A DNA stretch of 64,000 bases from Lama glama. Lineage: Eukaryota. The stretch covers positions 40,860,001-40,924,000 of the forward strand of contig CM052817.1 in the NCBI GenBank assembly GCA_028534125.1, written 5' to 3'. Positions 25,243-38,489 of the stretch are shown piece by piece. A model generated the notes under the pieces. It was not told the origin of the DNA and did no database searches. It saw only the letters and a program-made list of their open reading frames with translations. How positions within the stretch are numbered: position 1 is the stretch's first letter; each line of letters begins with the position of its first letter. The position numbers and the translations under genes were made by a program.

Positions 25243-26027
25243 CAGTCATTCCCCCTTTATCTGTGGGAGATATGGTCCAATACCCACAGTGAAAGCTTGA
25301 AACCGTGGGTGGTACCAAACCCTATATATATACTATGTTTTTTTCTATACATACATACCTATGATGAAGTTTAACTTATAAGTTAGGTACAGTAAGAGGT
25401 TAATAACAACAACTAATAATAAAATAGAACAATTATAATAATATACTGTAATAAAAGCTGTATGTATGTGGTTTCTCTCAAAATACCTTTTCCATCTCAA
25501 CTAACCACTTACCATGCCCTGTGGCCTTAACTTTTATGGTTTGAGGTCTGACAGTAAAACTAGCATGAATTTCTTTTTACTTTTTCACAATTTCATAGAT
25601 AGATTTGTTCTTACTATAGATCTTAGCATGTGATTTTTTTCTTTTCCTATTAAGTTGATAACTATCCCTTTTTCACTTAAAGGACACACTTTACAGCTTC
25701 TCTCTGGCATATCCAAATTGCCAGCATCACTACTCTTGCACTTCAAGGCCATTATTAAGTAACATAAGGGTTACTTGAACGCAGGCACTGTGATACTGTG
25801 ACAGTTTATCTGATAACCCAGATGGCTACTAAGTGACTAAGGGACAGGATATGCTGGACAAAGGGAGGATTCATGTCTTAGGCAGGACGAGTGAGATTTC
25901 ATCATGCTACTTAGAACTGCATGCAGTTGAAAACTTAGAATTGTTGATTTCTGGAATTTTCCATTTAATGTTTTCGGAAGGCAGTTCACCTTGGGTAACT
26001 GAAACTGCAGATAAGGGGGGCCTGCTC
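25243..26027 (-). mobile_element. TcMar-Tigger element, MER44 (Tigger7) family
   Basis: TA followed by terminal inverted repeat (TIR) cagtcattccccctttatc, and at the other end gataaggggggcctgct. Internal ccctatatatactatgttttttctatacatacatacctatgat. Confidence 0.85.
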
Positions 26028-26189
26028 CAGATGGCTTAGTGTTCCGGTGTTCCCCTTGTGGCCGTTCTTCAGCCCGAACTGAAGGATAGGTCATTTCTAT
26101 CTGGGGGTGTGATCAAGCCAGGTCTTCACCAGTGTTTGAGGTGTCACAGTTGCATATCAGGTATCTGGGGGTTGTTGTTTCTACCCCTG

Positions 26190-26975
26190 TCAGTATCAAA
26201 TTTTCCCATTCTTTTTGCTCAATGATTGCTTGTTGGGTCATTTGATGGGATGAAGGCTGCACAGCAGGATTTAAGACTCCAGAGATCATACATCTCAACT
26301 CTGTGACACAAATACTAAAAGAAGGATTGTGATCAGAGTTCTTAGTCTGCTTCTCAATCAGAAGTCCAGAGTGCCCAAATTAAACCAAGAGATTAGGCCT
26401 TACACGAAATGTTGAAGAGCCCACAGAACCAGATATGGGATTATTATCGACGTTACCAAATTTCCTTTGCTTCTTGGATCTTTTTAGTGTTATTAAAGAT
26501 CCAAGAGAAGTCTGTTGGGATGTAAGTACAATATTCTTCCTCTGTAACAGCACATGTTGCCCCTCAAAAGGCCAGTATTGTATCTCAGACAGCCCTATTC
26601 TGAGCCACTATCTGTCTAGTTTGTTCTCTACTCTTGGACCCATTGTTTGAGTCACCTGTGAGTCTCTGAACTGTGGCATTTAGGATTCTTCTTACTTTCC
26701 TGGACTCTTGTAAATCACGATGTGAAAAGGAGAAAGCAATCAAGAATTTCCCTGAGAAGTTATGATTTTGGTTCTCGTACTCGGACCCCGTTTTTCTCCT
26801 TTTTCTTAGAGTACAAACTGATAAGTCCGAATGGGCCCTGGGTGATTTCAGGGACAATCCTGAAAGCAGGCACTAGTTTACCAAAGTAAGAAATTCCTGT
26901 TCAGTTATTGGTAGTAGTCAGTAGGCTTATCTTCTGCAAATACGAGACCAGTCATTAGGGGCTACACATTTGTCT
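26190..26975 (-). pseudogene. Decayed gamma-type endogenous retroviral env (SU C-terminus and TM subunit)
   Basis: Manual translation gives, in order: CVAPNDWSRIC..AY..LP(fs)*TGISYFGKLVPAF; furin-like RKRR (26795-26806); RQIVAQNRAV*DTILAF*GATCAVTEEEYCTYIP (immunosuppressive domain plus CX6CC-like motif); GLISWFNLGTLDF*LRSRLRTLITILLLVFV membrane anchor; cytoplasmic tail. Multiple stops and frameshifts. Confidence 0.8.
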
Positions 26976-27102
26976 GCTTTTGGCCAAAAGACTGCTGTAG
27001 GGTTATCAAATAGTATTGTAACATTTGGTGCCACTCATTAGCTAGAGTTTAGCATCACACAATGAAATTTGTGGTATTGAGATCGTTAGGTAGGTCTGAA
27101 GC

Positions 27103-27134
<32 letters not shown>

Positions 27135-27910
27135 GTGTCATCCTTGTAACATCTGTGAAAGGGAGACAGCTTACAAATCCGCACCAACTTAATAAACCAC
27201 CACTACCTGTCCTAGTGACTGTTTCTGAGGAAAATGAAGTATTTTTCCCCCTGAGAATTCACTTATGTTTTCAGTTAATTTGGTGCTTTTTGAAGTATGT
27301 CAGGCATTGCACATGTTGTGAAAATAATTGTCTAAGACCTTCTTTTTCCTTTTTTCCTATACTGGAAGTAAGTAGCATAGCTGGTGAACCCTGCACCTGC
27401 TGCAAGTTCCCTCATGGCCACTTCTGCTGCCATTGTGACCCTGAGACATGCTTCTCTCCCGAGCCCCCTTGTATTCCTGTGGCTGCCCAAGTACTTCAGA
27501 ATCCTGGAGAATACTTATGTGGGTCTGTGTTCTGTGAAGCTGTATGGATTTCTTTTTTTTTTCAAACATTGTATGGATTTCATATACATGCTGATAATTA
27601 TTTGGGAAATGAAACTGACAATTCGGGAGGGAAAAGAGAGATCAGATGAAACACATGGGAAGGTAGAAGATTTTTCACAATACAGCCTTGAATCATGGAA
27701 AGAAACTGAGGTCTTGGGACAGCATTCCTACCTTTTAGGACAGCCCACATAAAGCAACCTAAGAGACACACAGAGTATCTTACTATGTTTTGATGTGTTC
27801 TTAGATGAAAGTACCTTGGACTGAGTTATGACCAGAGAACTTTATGTACTCAAGAGTTGGCTGAAGAAATGTCATGAAGGCATAGTCAGATTATACCGTA
27901 GCTAACAATA

Positions 27911-27942
27911 CCACCACCACCACCACCACCATCACCACCACT
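27911..27942. repeat. (CCA)n imperfect trinucleotide repeat
   Basis: ccaccaccaccaccaccaccatcaccaccact. Confidence 0.9.
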
Positions 27943-27959
27943 GCCTTGACACCTATCAC

Positions 27960-28160
27960 TTCTTGTCTGCTTACTCTAGGCCAGGAAACATGCTAAGTGT
28001 TTTATGGCATTTCCTAGCAACCCTATGAAGTGACTATTATTAGTATTCTGATTTTACAGATGAAGAAATCAAGGCTTAGAAAGCTTAAGTAACATAATCA
28101 AGAGCATACAAATAGAAATATGGTAGAACTTGTGCTTGAGGACAGGCCTCTGATTCAGCA
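27960..28160 (-). mobile_element. MIR
   Basis: caaccctatgaag...attttacagatgaagaaatcaaggcttaga. Confidence 0.75.
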
Positions 28161-29130
28161 AAATACATTAATAAAATTCCAATTTGAGCATCCAAATGGT
28201 TGGATGTGGGAGCAGCCCCTATGAGACCTGAGAGTGAATCTCAATAACTTGGCATAGTTAGCAGGACCCCTAAACTCATAGTAGCATGTCTACAGTGATG
28301 TCATAGAAGTACCCAGTGGGCTCCCTGGCAAAAGGGAGGCTTTAAATGTACAATTGGAGAATTTATGTTTAGTGTCTAAAATTCCTCTGGGAGTCCTTTA
28401 AAGAGCTGATGACCAGATGGGGATGAATGAAGGACAGTTGTGACTCCTGAAGCCAAATCAAATTTTTTGAATCCAGAAAAAGTAGAATCTTCTTTTATGC
28501 CTTTGGGATAGACCAACAAGCAGAATTTGTAGGAAGTGGTGGACATACATCAATCCTAGGAAATTGCTGAATAGGTCAGAGTGGAGGTCTGATATTGAGA
28601 CTTATGATTGGAGAATCCAAACTGAAGTTCTGCTACAGAGTAGGTGGCAGAGGAGGGGATATATTTCAGACTACCAGGAATTTATCCTACTTCTGGGGTC
28701 TCTGAACCCTTCTTGTGAGGTTTATGGGGACTTCTCTGACTCTTGTGGAGAACATGAGGTGGCTTTCACTAGATGTTTTCAGAGTCTATACTTCATGTAT
28801 ATTTCTTTCCATCATCTTGAGAGTTGGAAGGGGGAACCACAGTAGTGAGAGCATGAAAATATTGGTCATAGCGTTTTGTCACCTATTATTTTAAGAAAAC
28901 ATAGGTTTTATTATTTGGTATCCACATTAAATTCTTCAACTCATTAAACAGGAAAATTAGAAGATCAGTATCTACCTTTCAAAGGATCCTATGCTTTAAA
29001 GAAAAGATTCACTGTAGGATTTTTTTCTTACACAGTGTTATTCCTTGGGCATTAAAGTACACATTTATATAGAATTAATTCAAAGTGACTAAGGAGAAAA
29101 GGAACATAAACGTGAAGAGTTAGAAGCCAC

Positions 29131-29440
29131 TATCAGTTGGAGATCAGTTAGAAACAAACATAGACTTTTCTTAAGGCAAAATGTGAGTCAATAGGACAAC
29201 CGGGTTTGATTTACAAAAATCCTGCTCAGAGACGTAGCTTATCAAGTATACTTGTGCTGATTCTGTGTTGGGCACCTCTCTTTGTCTTGGTGTGTTTCTG
29301 TGGTTGATTCCTCAAACCACTGCAGTAGGAATGGGAAGTCAGCTTTCAGAAACAGTCAGTGCTATAAGGATCCCTTTCTTGGGTAAGCAGACTGCCCCTA
29401 AGATGGCCATAGACCTATCATATGTTTTTATAATTTCAAG
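29131..29440 (-). mobile_element. Possible old ERV1 LTR fragment
   Basis: Reverse strand starts TGAAATTAT...GCCATCTTAGGGGCAG and has LTR-like composition. Weak recognition only. Confidence 0.3.
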
Positions 29441-29879
29441 TCAGCACTCAGTATTGACAACTGGTAGAGCAGAAAAAATAATGGTGCACACCTTTGTATA
29501 ATCTATGTTTATGAATTTTCTACGTAGGGATTCTCTGTAGATGAGTTCAATATTGTGGTCAGAACTTTGTATTCCTATGTTTCAGTTATTTATAAATAAT
29601 ACAGAGGATGATAATTAGTCACATAAATAACACAGAGGCTATCCATGACCTTATTTCTTTTTATTACAGTTATCCCTACTTAGACCACTGTAATATATAT
29701 TTGGAGGAGAAATGAAATTAGTCCCTACGTTTTTGAACCCCTTCTTGTTTATTGCCAAAAGGAAGACATGAAAAATAGATAAAGGCTGAAATAGCCTTAA
29801 CCATTTAAAAACCAGGAGAAATAACTACACATTAAGGCAGGCAGCCATGATTTACCAAACATGATGTTCAAAAGGTAGT

Positions 29880-30778
29880 CTGCCTGTTTGACTTCTCCCT
29901 GGAGACATCTCGCAAACAGCTCAAACGTGGCACATCCTAAATGGAACTCTTATTTTCTTCTCCAAGTCTATGCCCCTATCTTCAGTTTCCTCCACTTCCA
30001 CAGATGGCACCCACATCCACCCAACTGTTGTTGTGACTGTTTCTGATACGTCTCACATACAATTTATAAGCAAGTCCTGTTGATTCTGAAGTATCTTGAA
30101 TCCATATACTCTATCCATGAACATTGTCATTTTCTTAGTCTAAGGCTTTCTTATTGCTCACCTGTACCATGGCGTTAGTGTACTGACTGGCTTCCCTTCT
30201 TCCACCCTTGGCCCCTCCCATCAATTAGCCACCCAGAGATAGGAATGATTTTCTAAAAACATTTATCAGACCATTTTATTCCCCTGGCTATAGTTCATTA
30301 ATAGATTCCTATTGTATTTGGAGTAAAATCCAAAGGCCTTTTAAGGGGCTGCAAACTCTTACACGGTGTGGCTCTTGCCTCTCCTCCAGCACTTGCTTTC
30401 TAGTCTTCAGCCCACACTGTCCAGTGTTTCAAACACATCGTGGGCTCTCTACTTGAGGGCGCTGCTGTGTCCCCGCACACCCAGTGTGTACGCACAGCTC
30501 GCTTTCCATCCTGTAGGTCTTGGCTCAAATGTCAGCTCTTCAGAGGGGCCTGGCCTTATAGGTGTCTCTGGTTATTCTTTTTCTCACTTTCTTGTTGTTT
30601 CATTTATAACATATACTGTGAGGCTATCATTATTTTATTTGCCTGTTTGCTTATTTCTCTCTTCCAAACCAGTATGTAAACTCCACGAGAACAAAGACAG
30701 TTACTCTTGAACAAGTTCCATACTTAGTGTCTTGCACATATTAGGTAACCAGTAAATGGCTACTGGTTGAGTGAATCA
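29880..30778 (+). mobile_element. L2 3' portion
   Basis: gacttctccctgga...atggcacccacatccacccaa...taaaatccaaa...taaactccacgagaacaaagac...gcacatattaggta...gagtgaat. Confidence 0.8.
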
Positions 30779-30969
30779 TCTTGGAATTGACTGTCCCACA
30801 GAAATGTTAAAAATAATAGTTGATTTCATAGTCACCTCGTAAAAGCCTGTTTATTTCAAGGCTGTAGTTTGCCCATGGCTCTAGGATTAGCAGCTCGAGT
30901 TACAGGTTCCGAGAGCCAGGGCTATGAGTGTGGTTCAGGAAAAGGAGAAAGGTAATTTGCTCTCATTTA

Positions 30970-32175
30970 CTTTCTTTCTTTCTTCTTGTGATGAAAATGT
31001 TTAAGATTTACTCTCTTAGCAACCTTCAAATATACGATACAGTATTATTAACTCTGGTCATCATGCAGTACATTACAACTCCATGACTTATTTTATACCT
31101 GGGGATTTGTACTTTTTAACTGCCTTCACCCATTTCTTCTATGCCCTCACCCACTGCCTCTGGCAACCACCCATCTGTTCTTTGTGCCCTGAAGCTCATT
31201 TTGTTCTTGTTTGTTCTTGTTTGCTTAGATTCCACATATAAATGGGATCATACAGTATTTGTCTTTCTCTGTCTGACTTAGCATAATGCCTTCAAGGTCC
31301 ATCTATGTCGCAAATGGCAAGATTTTCTTCCTTTTTATATGATAATATTACATTGTGTATTATATATATATGTATACATTTACACACACACCATTCATTC
31401 ATTGATGGACACTTAGGTTGCTTCTGTATTTTGGCTATTGTAAATAATGCTGTGAACTTGCGGGGGGGGGTGCATGTATCTTTTCAAGTTAATGTTTTCG
31501 TTTTCTTAGGATATATGCCCGAGTGGAATTGCTGGGTCATATGGTAGTTCTATTTGTAGTTTTTGAGGAGCCTTCGTACTGTTTTGCGTAAGTGGCCGCA
31601 CCAGTTTACATTCCCGCCAGCAGTACACAAGGTTCCCTTTTTTCCACATTCGTGCTAGGACTTGTTATCTCATCTTTTTGATGATATCCATTTTAACAGG
31701 TGTGACGTGATAATTGACTGTGGTTTTGATTTGCATCTTGCTGGTGATTAGTGACATTAAGCACCTTTCCATCTACCCATTGGCTGTTTGTATGTCTTCT
31801 TTGGAAAAATGTCTATTGCTCATTTTTAAATTGGGATAATTTGGTTTTTTTGCTATTGAGTTGTATGAGATCCTTATGTATTTTAGATGATTTTCAAATA
31901 TTTTGCCCCATGCAGTAGATTGTGTTTTCATTTCGTTGATGGTCTCTTTTGCTGTGCAGAAGCTTTTTACTTTGATGTAGTTTCAGTTACTTATTTTTGC
32001 TTTTGCTGCCTTTGCTTTTGGTGTCAAATCCAAAAAATTATCTCCAAGGCTGATGTCAAGGAGCTTCCTTTCTTCTAGGATTTTTATGGTTTCAGGTCTT
32101 ATGTTCAAATCTTTGATACATTTTTAATTAATTTTTGTGTATGGCGTAAGATAGGGGTCCAATTTTATCTTCTTA
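30970..32175 (-). mobile_element. L1 (L1MA9-like) 3'UTR and ORF2 end
   Basis: aagatttactctcttagcaa...ttagattccacatataaatg...gtggttttgatttgcat...gctgtgcagaagcttttt. Confidence 0.9.
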
Positions 32176-32594
32176 CAGATTTAGCTGTAGGCAAATTACA
32201 AAACTGATACAATTTGTCTTCAGCATCTTTATAATTTCTTTCCTGCAGCCTTCTTTATTTTATATTGACTATTGTAAGGGACAGCGATTAATTCAAGAAA
32301 GGCCAAGAGAAAAGGAGATTATATAATGGACAATGAAGAAAGGAACTAGACCTCACAGAAATGGGAACTGGGAAGCCATTGAGAAAAAGCTTGGTTTCTG
32401 TCTCTTCCCCTACCCACCTCAGCGTCCAGCTGTTCTCTGTCATATGTTTTATTCTCTGCTATCTCATTTACTTTGCTTATTTGTAACTTAGATTTTTAAA
32501 AAGTCATAATGGCCAACACTTTCTAGCATCCTTTTGGATTGTAACTCTTAACCTTTGGTTCCCATCACTGACTACTTCAGACTCCTTCTATTTC

Positions 32595-32630
32595 TGAGAG
32601 AGAGAGAGAGAGACAATGAGAGAGAGAGAG
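32595..32630. repeat. Interrupted (GA)n repeat within a probable old MaLR (MLT1K/L-like) remnant
   Basis: GA repeats are visible. Downstream cattggatcacttgtccatcctcagaccaatc resembles old MLT1. Confidence 0.6.
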
Positions 32631-33014
32631 CTATCTTACTGGTCCTCCTTATCTTTCTGAGCCAGGCTATAGGCTGCTTTCCAGCCCATCTGTTGGCTTC
32701 CCATTGGATCACTTGTCCATCCTCAGACCAATCGTCTGTGCCTGAGGTGAGGAGCGAGGGCATGTGATGGGAACATGGCCAAGGAGGCAGCAGGTGTTGT
32801 GAGTTGGTCGCCCTTCCTTAGAAAGGAATATGCATGGGCAGGGAAGACCTACATCTCCAGTACCATGTCTCAGTCCATAATGCCCTCTTCCTGGCCTAAT
32901 ACCCTTCCTGTGGCCTAAGCATCCATTCTAAGCCTAAAGTTTGCCCAACACAATCCATAAGTACTCATCCTTTTTGTTCAGCTAAAGCCCTTTACCTAGA
33001 TAGAGTGGATATGA

Positions 33015-33790
33015 TCCCTATGTGTCAGGCACTGAACCAGTCACTTGAGATACAAAATTGAATGGAATATGGTCCCTACTTTCAAGGAGTTTGCAATATA
33101 GTTAAAGAGATGGACCAGTATACCATCAACTAAGTTTTAGTGTGCTCAATGCTATTATAGATTGGTATAACTAAAGTGTGTTTTCAGAGTCCAGTGGTGA
33201 ATGTTAATAATTTTGCATGAATAGAAAGAGCTGAATAAGACTTCACAGAAGACCTGACATTGCAAGTGGGTTTTGAAAGATGAATTGGAGTTGAGAAGGG
33301 GATGAAGGAATTAGCAAAGCCACAGAGATATCAGTCACAGCCTGCGAGACAACTGTTCTGCCTGATGCGTGAAGTACACGGGAGCAGGGATTCTGCTAAG
33401 TTATGGGCTGGAAAAGTAGGGTGGAACCCAACTACTGTCACGGTGCAACAGCAGGTGCTTACTAAACCAACAATAGGTGTTTACTAAACATCTAATGTGT
33501 GTCAAAAAAGAGCTCAGAAGAGAGCTGTATTTATGACATCATAGTTAAATGCATAGGTGTGGATGATATCTTCCAGGAAGACCATGAAAAGAAAAAAATG
33601 GACTGGGGGTGGTGATGAGGGGGAGATATCCCCAAACAGCATATTGAAAAAGTAGGAGGAGAACCAGGGGAGTGTAGAGGTAGAGGCCAGGGGAAATAGG
33701 AGTGGTCAGCAGTGTCAGGAGCTGCAGAATGGTCGGATCAGTTGAAGACTGCAATTTGGCGTTTAGGAAGATTATGACAAGTGAGATATA
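33015..33790 (-). mobile_element. L2 fragment
   Basis: cctatgtgtcaggcactg...ggtccctactttcaaggagttt...gtggtcagcagtgtcag. Confidence 0.7.
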
Positions 33791-34719
33791 GAGCAGAGAG
33801 GGAGTGGGGGTCTGGGGGTTGAGGGTAGCAGGTAGTCACCTCCCCGTTTCGCCTAGAGCTGACCCTGCACAAAGCAATCTCATCTACGTCAGACTGAATA
33901 ATTTGTTAGAAGCCCTTGGAAAAGGTTTGTTGAGGAAGGAGATTGAAGTTCTTGGCTTCAGTGAAGGTTCTGGATTATTTATGGATTTAATTTATCCCTG
34001 TGATCCATGTCCCCAGTTGACACAGGCTATCCAGAGCTAGCTGCATTTTTTTTCTTCTTGAAAAAGTAGGAAGAATATTTAATCACAACTGAGTTGCACT
34101 AATAGAGATTTTAATAAAACTGGGCTGAGCTAGGACTGGGAGGTTGCAGGAGCAGTCAGAGAGTGAACGTTCCTCTGGGTGCACTCTGTGCATGGGCAGA
34201 ACTTTTAGGCCTGAAATATAGTATTTGATCCAGAGAGCTCACGTGGTTTTCACTAATGCAGTTTAATTTAAAGTACATACAAACACACAATATATAGACA
34301 GAATTTTCTGAGAATGTAGGCCTCCCTGTAACTTGGACAAAACGTAAAAAGAAAATGTTTGATAAGTTTGATAACATACTCATTTAAATTAGTGTACCTT
34401 CTGTGGAAATCAAGGTAAAGACTATTGACTGACACCCCACCCTCCCCTTCTACATACTTGTCAACCTTTCTTTGAAAGTAAGTGAGAGGGTCTGAAGAAC
34501 TATCACCACCTGGAGCTTAGGGATCATCTCATACAACATTTCCATTTTGTCATGAGCAAACTGAGGGCCACGGAGGAGAAATGATGTGTCCAGGGTGCCT
34601 AACTGTTTTGTGCCAGGGCTAGGAAGAGAGCTGCGTTTAGGGTACTTGCTAAAGGGCAAAACCCACCTTACTACCGACGCTAGCAATAAAAAAGCAGCAT
34701 GGGCAAAATCCTACCAACT

Positions 34720-35285
34720 CCCCTCACTCCTCTCTAGGCCTCTTTAATCTGGCCGGAGTTTTCTCTCCAAAACAAGTCTAGTTATGCTAGTCCTTCTACA
34801 TAAAAGTCTTCAATGGCTCCCCATTTCCTATGGCGTGAAGTTCAGATTCCTTTGGATAATAAGCAGAGCCCTACCCATTTCTCTGGTCCTGTGTGCCCAC
34901 TTCCTCCCCCTCAAGCTCTGCCATTCAGACATAATTCCTGGTGTGCAGTCCTGGAGTCATGCTCTCACACCTCTTCTCTGTCGCTCTCTGGGGTCCCTGT
35001 CTGGCTCCCAGTGCTTAGCAATGCCTGTTCATCATCCAGACTCAGCCTAGGCACCGCCGCCACCAGAGGCTCTCCTGCACCTTCTCCCTGCTGCTCCCTG
35101 TCATGGAGGTTGCATTTCTCTGTATAATACCTGCCACAGTGATTGGAAGTCATCTGCTTATACGTTTGACTATTTGACTAGGAGATCCTTGAGTTCAGAG
35201 AGAGCGTCTTACTCATCTTTACATTCTGAGTGCACAATACCTGGCATGTGTAGGTGCTCCATAAATGGTCATTGAATTGGATTAA
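34720..35285 (+). mobile_element. L2 3' portion
   Basis: cttcaatggctccccatttcc...cctggcatgtgtaggtgctccataaatggtcattgaat. Confidence 0.75.
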
Positions 35286-35419
35286 ACAATAACACCAACA
35301 AATCCAGTAGTTGTGAGCCCCTAATAGAAAACTGAGGTGAGGTTCTCCCGTGAGCCCTTACCAGTTTGACACTGCACCCCACTGTGCCCACCTCTGCCAT
35401 CTGCTCTCCATAACCTGAT

Positions 35420-35825
35420 GGAAAAATTGGCCAACTCATTACTCTCCAGAGACACCATGTGCATTTATTGCTCCCACTGTGCCCTTGTATGTGGTGTTAC
35501 CCTGCTGGCAAGCCCATCCTCCTTGTTTATCTAGAAGCTGTTGACTACCTGTATGCCTGACAGTGTGAGGCCTCGTATCTTCACCTTCCAGGCCCTCCAA
35601 GTCTTGTTCATACTTGTGTCTTCTAACCAATGGCCTCAGCCCTCTTTATCACTTTATCACTTCCTATAGGTACTGCATATTTGATATTTAATATAAACTA
35701 TTTTTACAGTTAATTTTCATTCTGGGACTATTACATACCTATTCAACTAAGTTATAAGACTCTCGAGGGCAGGAACCGTATCTTCAGCTCTTAACTTTAG
35801 GAAGTGCCTTAATAGATGTTGGCCA
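35420..35825 (+). mobile_element. L2 3' fragment
   Basis: ttataagactctcgagggcaggaaccgtatc...gtgccttaatagatgtt. Confidence 0.55.
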
Positions 35826-38016
35826 GTGTTTGAGAGGACTCAGGGGACTTTCTGATGGTGAGGCTCTGTGATTTTGCTACTGGATTCAGGTGAGTGTGTT
35901 ATTCATGGTGGCAGGTCAGGCTGGCCGTGGTCAGGGATTCTGGAACTGAATGGTTATTTTCTGAATAATTGTCCCCAAGTTCACTAAAGTAAATATCTCC
36001 CAGATGGGAAGACTAGATCATGTAAAGATTTCCCCAACTTTAAGTGATTTACTGACTTAATACACTAACAATTAAAATCTGATTGGAATGGAAGAGAAGG
36101 GTTTATCTGAAAGAACAGTCAGAATTTACAAAGGAAATTCTGAAAAAGTGTATTTTGAAAGGTTATCCCTATCAGATCTTAAAGCACAAAAAGTTATAGT
36201 AGTTAAGATATTTTGTATTCATCCACAGATTGAAAAATATTTCATTCTTTTGTTGTTGTATGTATATATGTTTCATATTATAATGCATTTGTAAAAAATG
36301 TCTGTAACCAATCTCATCTTGCTCTCGATCTTCACCAGAACAGTACAAATCTTAGTATGCCTTTTCTTTTTCTCTTCCTAGGAACAGCAGGGGAAGGAAG
36401 TAGATTATCAAAAAAAAAAAAAAAGGTATTGGGAAGTATTTCAAAAAACCATGGCCCTTTCACCTGAAAAAATTAATTGTATGATTCAAGACATAACAGA
36501 AAACAGAGGCAAAGGACAGATTTTTTTTCTTCTTGAAAATACTATTGGGATGACTAATTAGCAGTTGGGGCTGGACTTAATTTAGACTATCTAGTAAAAT
36601 AAATACCAAATGGAAAGTATAAAAAGAAAAAAAAAAGTAAAAAAAGTCAAACCACAGTCGAACATGAGGAAAGTAACATGAAGGTTTATCATAAACCAGA
36701 GGACAGTGTATTTTACGTGTTTGCATTTTAGAAAGGGCTTCGTGATGACTTTGCAGCACATGGAGATCTACAGTAATTGTGCCGACTGCCCAGCACTGTG
36801 TCCCTAACAGCATCTGGCACGTCGTGGGCTCAGTAACTACTTGTAGAACGCGGGGACGCGGGGACGTCTGAACGGGTGTGTAGACCCTTCAACGTGATGA
36901 GCTGTGAGGGGTCTCTGTGTGCCTGTTTTGGTTCTCTTGAACCTGGGAGAAAGGAAGTGAAAAGACCTCCTGGGGCCATCAGGCATCACTTCGGACACTT
37001 CAGGGCTGAGCTAGTCTTCATGCTCTGTGGGAAGATGGTGCAGGGGAGGATGAGACCTCGGAATCAAAAGATAAAAATATAAAGCTCCTTCAAGGCTGTA
37101 GGATGGGAAGAGAGTGGACTAGCGGAAGAGGTGAGTTTCTAAGTGCTCTTTAGGTCGTCTTAATCCTCTTCTCCTTTCTGTTGTGGCAGATCCAATGGTG
37201 ACCTCTCCTATTCCTGCCCCCTTTTCGAGCTAAAATAGCTGGCAGAGGTGCAAGCCAAAAAAGGAGTGCCTTCCTCTGGACTTTTGTTGGTTTCATGAAT
37301 TAGCGCCTGCTTTGTGCCTTCACAGAGCTAGAGAGAAGACGGACATAACCCTTTCTTTGGAGTTTATCAAATGAAAATATCTGGTCTTTATTAGTATTTT
37401 CCTTGTGGCATTGTGTTTTCAGAGAATGCTGAGGATTAGGCTTTGGCAGATTAATTAGCCTTGGAAATGTATGAATCCAGAATACATTATAGTCATTTGT
37501 CTTGGCCTTGTTCGTGCGGCAAGTTCATCATTGTTTTATTTTTGAGCCCTGCTCCTTCTTTTCCTCTTGTCTGTAGAGTTATTAATAGTAATAGGAGCTT
37601 CTCGGCTTCAGTCAGCAGCGTGCCTGAGAGGGATGTTCGAAAGAGATAGGAAGGATTCATCTTCCAAGTAATTTGTATGCCGGGGAGTACTGCTCCTTAG
37701 AAACCCTGTTCTTTGTAGCTGACGTGGTTCGTGATAGGGCTAGCATAGAGGGGTGAACCACAGCAACCAGGGAAGACAGGCAAAAACTGGACCTTAGGAC
37801 TGAAACCCTCCTCCCCAACCCCAGGGCTAGGCAGGTGCTAAGGTTGGGCCAGGTGGAGGCACCAGCTAGCAGTGGGAAGAAAGGACAAGGCAGGAGGGCA
37901 GACCAGGGCACCCAAGTGGTCATGGGACAGTCTTGGAAGAGGGTTTGAATGTGGAGGGCAGGCATATGGGAGATAATGATTAAGTGCAGTGGTTAGAAAG
38001 GGCAGCTTTTCGAAGC

Positions 38017-38460
38017 AGTGTAGATGTTCATCAACGAATGAATGGCTAGGCAAAATGTGGTATATACATGCAATGGAATATTATTCAGCCTTAGAAAGGA
38101 AAGAAATCCTGACAGATGCTACAATATGGAGGAACCTTGAGGACATTATGCTAAATGAAATAAATCAATCACAAAACCCCCCAACCACTGTATGTATGAT
38201 TCCACTTATCAAAGTTTCTTAGATTAGTCAGATTCATAGGTACAGAAAGTAGAATAGTTGTGGTTTCCAGGCACTGGAGTAATTGAGGAAGGAGGAGTTG
38301 TTTAACAGGTACAGAGTTTCAGTTTCGCAAAATAAAAAAGTTCAGGAGGTCAGTTGCACAACAACGTGAATGCACTTAATACTACTGAACTGTACACTTA
38401 AAAATGGGTACTGTGGTAAATTTTGTTATGTGGATTTTGCCACAATTACAGATTTTAAAA
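38017..38460 (+). mobile_element. L1 (L1MB-type) ORF2 end and 3'UTR
   Basis: ORF 37989-38222 contains CSSTNEWLGKMWYIHAMEYYSALERKEILT. 3'UTR actgaactgtacacttaaaaatgg. Confidence 0.9.
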
Positions 38461-38489
38461 GATCAGAGATGATCTAAAAGGGAAAAAGG

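Noticed and set aside
27062..27649. 195-aa Cys-rich ORF
   Set aside because: Crosses an A-rich simple repeat and lies antisense to probable ERV-derived sequence. Cys spacing does not fit any domain I recognise.
35880..35896. Consensus donor cag|gtgagt
   Set aside because: The upstream acceptor candidates lie in an L2 remnant, and there is no convincing exon.
36848..36868. Short tandem duplication acgcgggg x2 (similar cases at ~35643 and ~59140)
   Set aside because: Ordinary slippage events.
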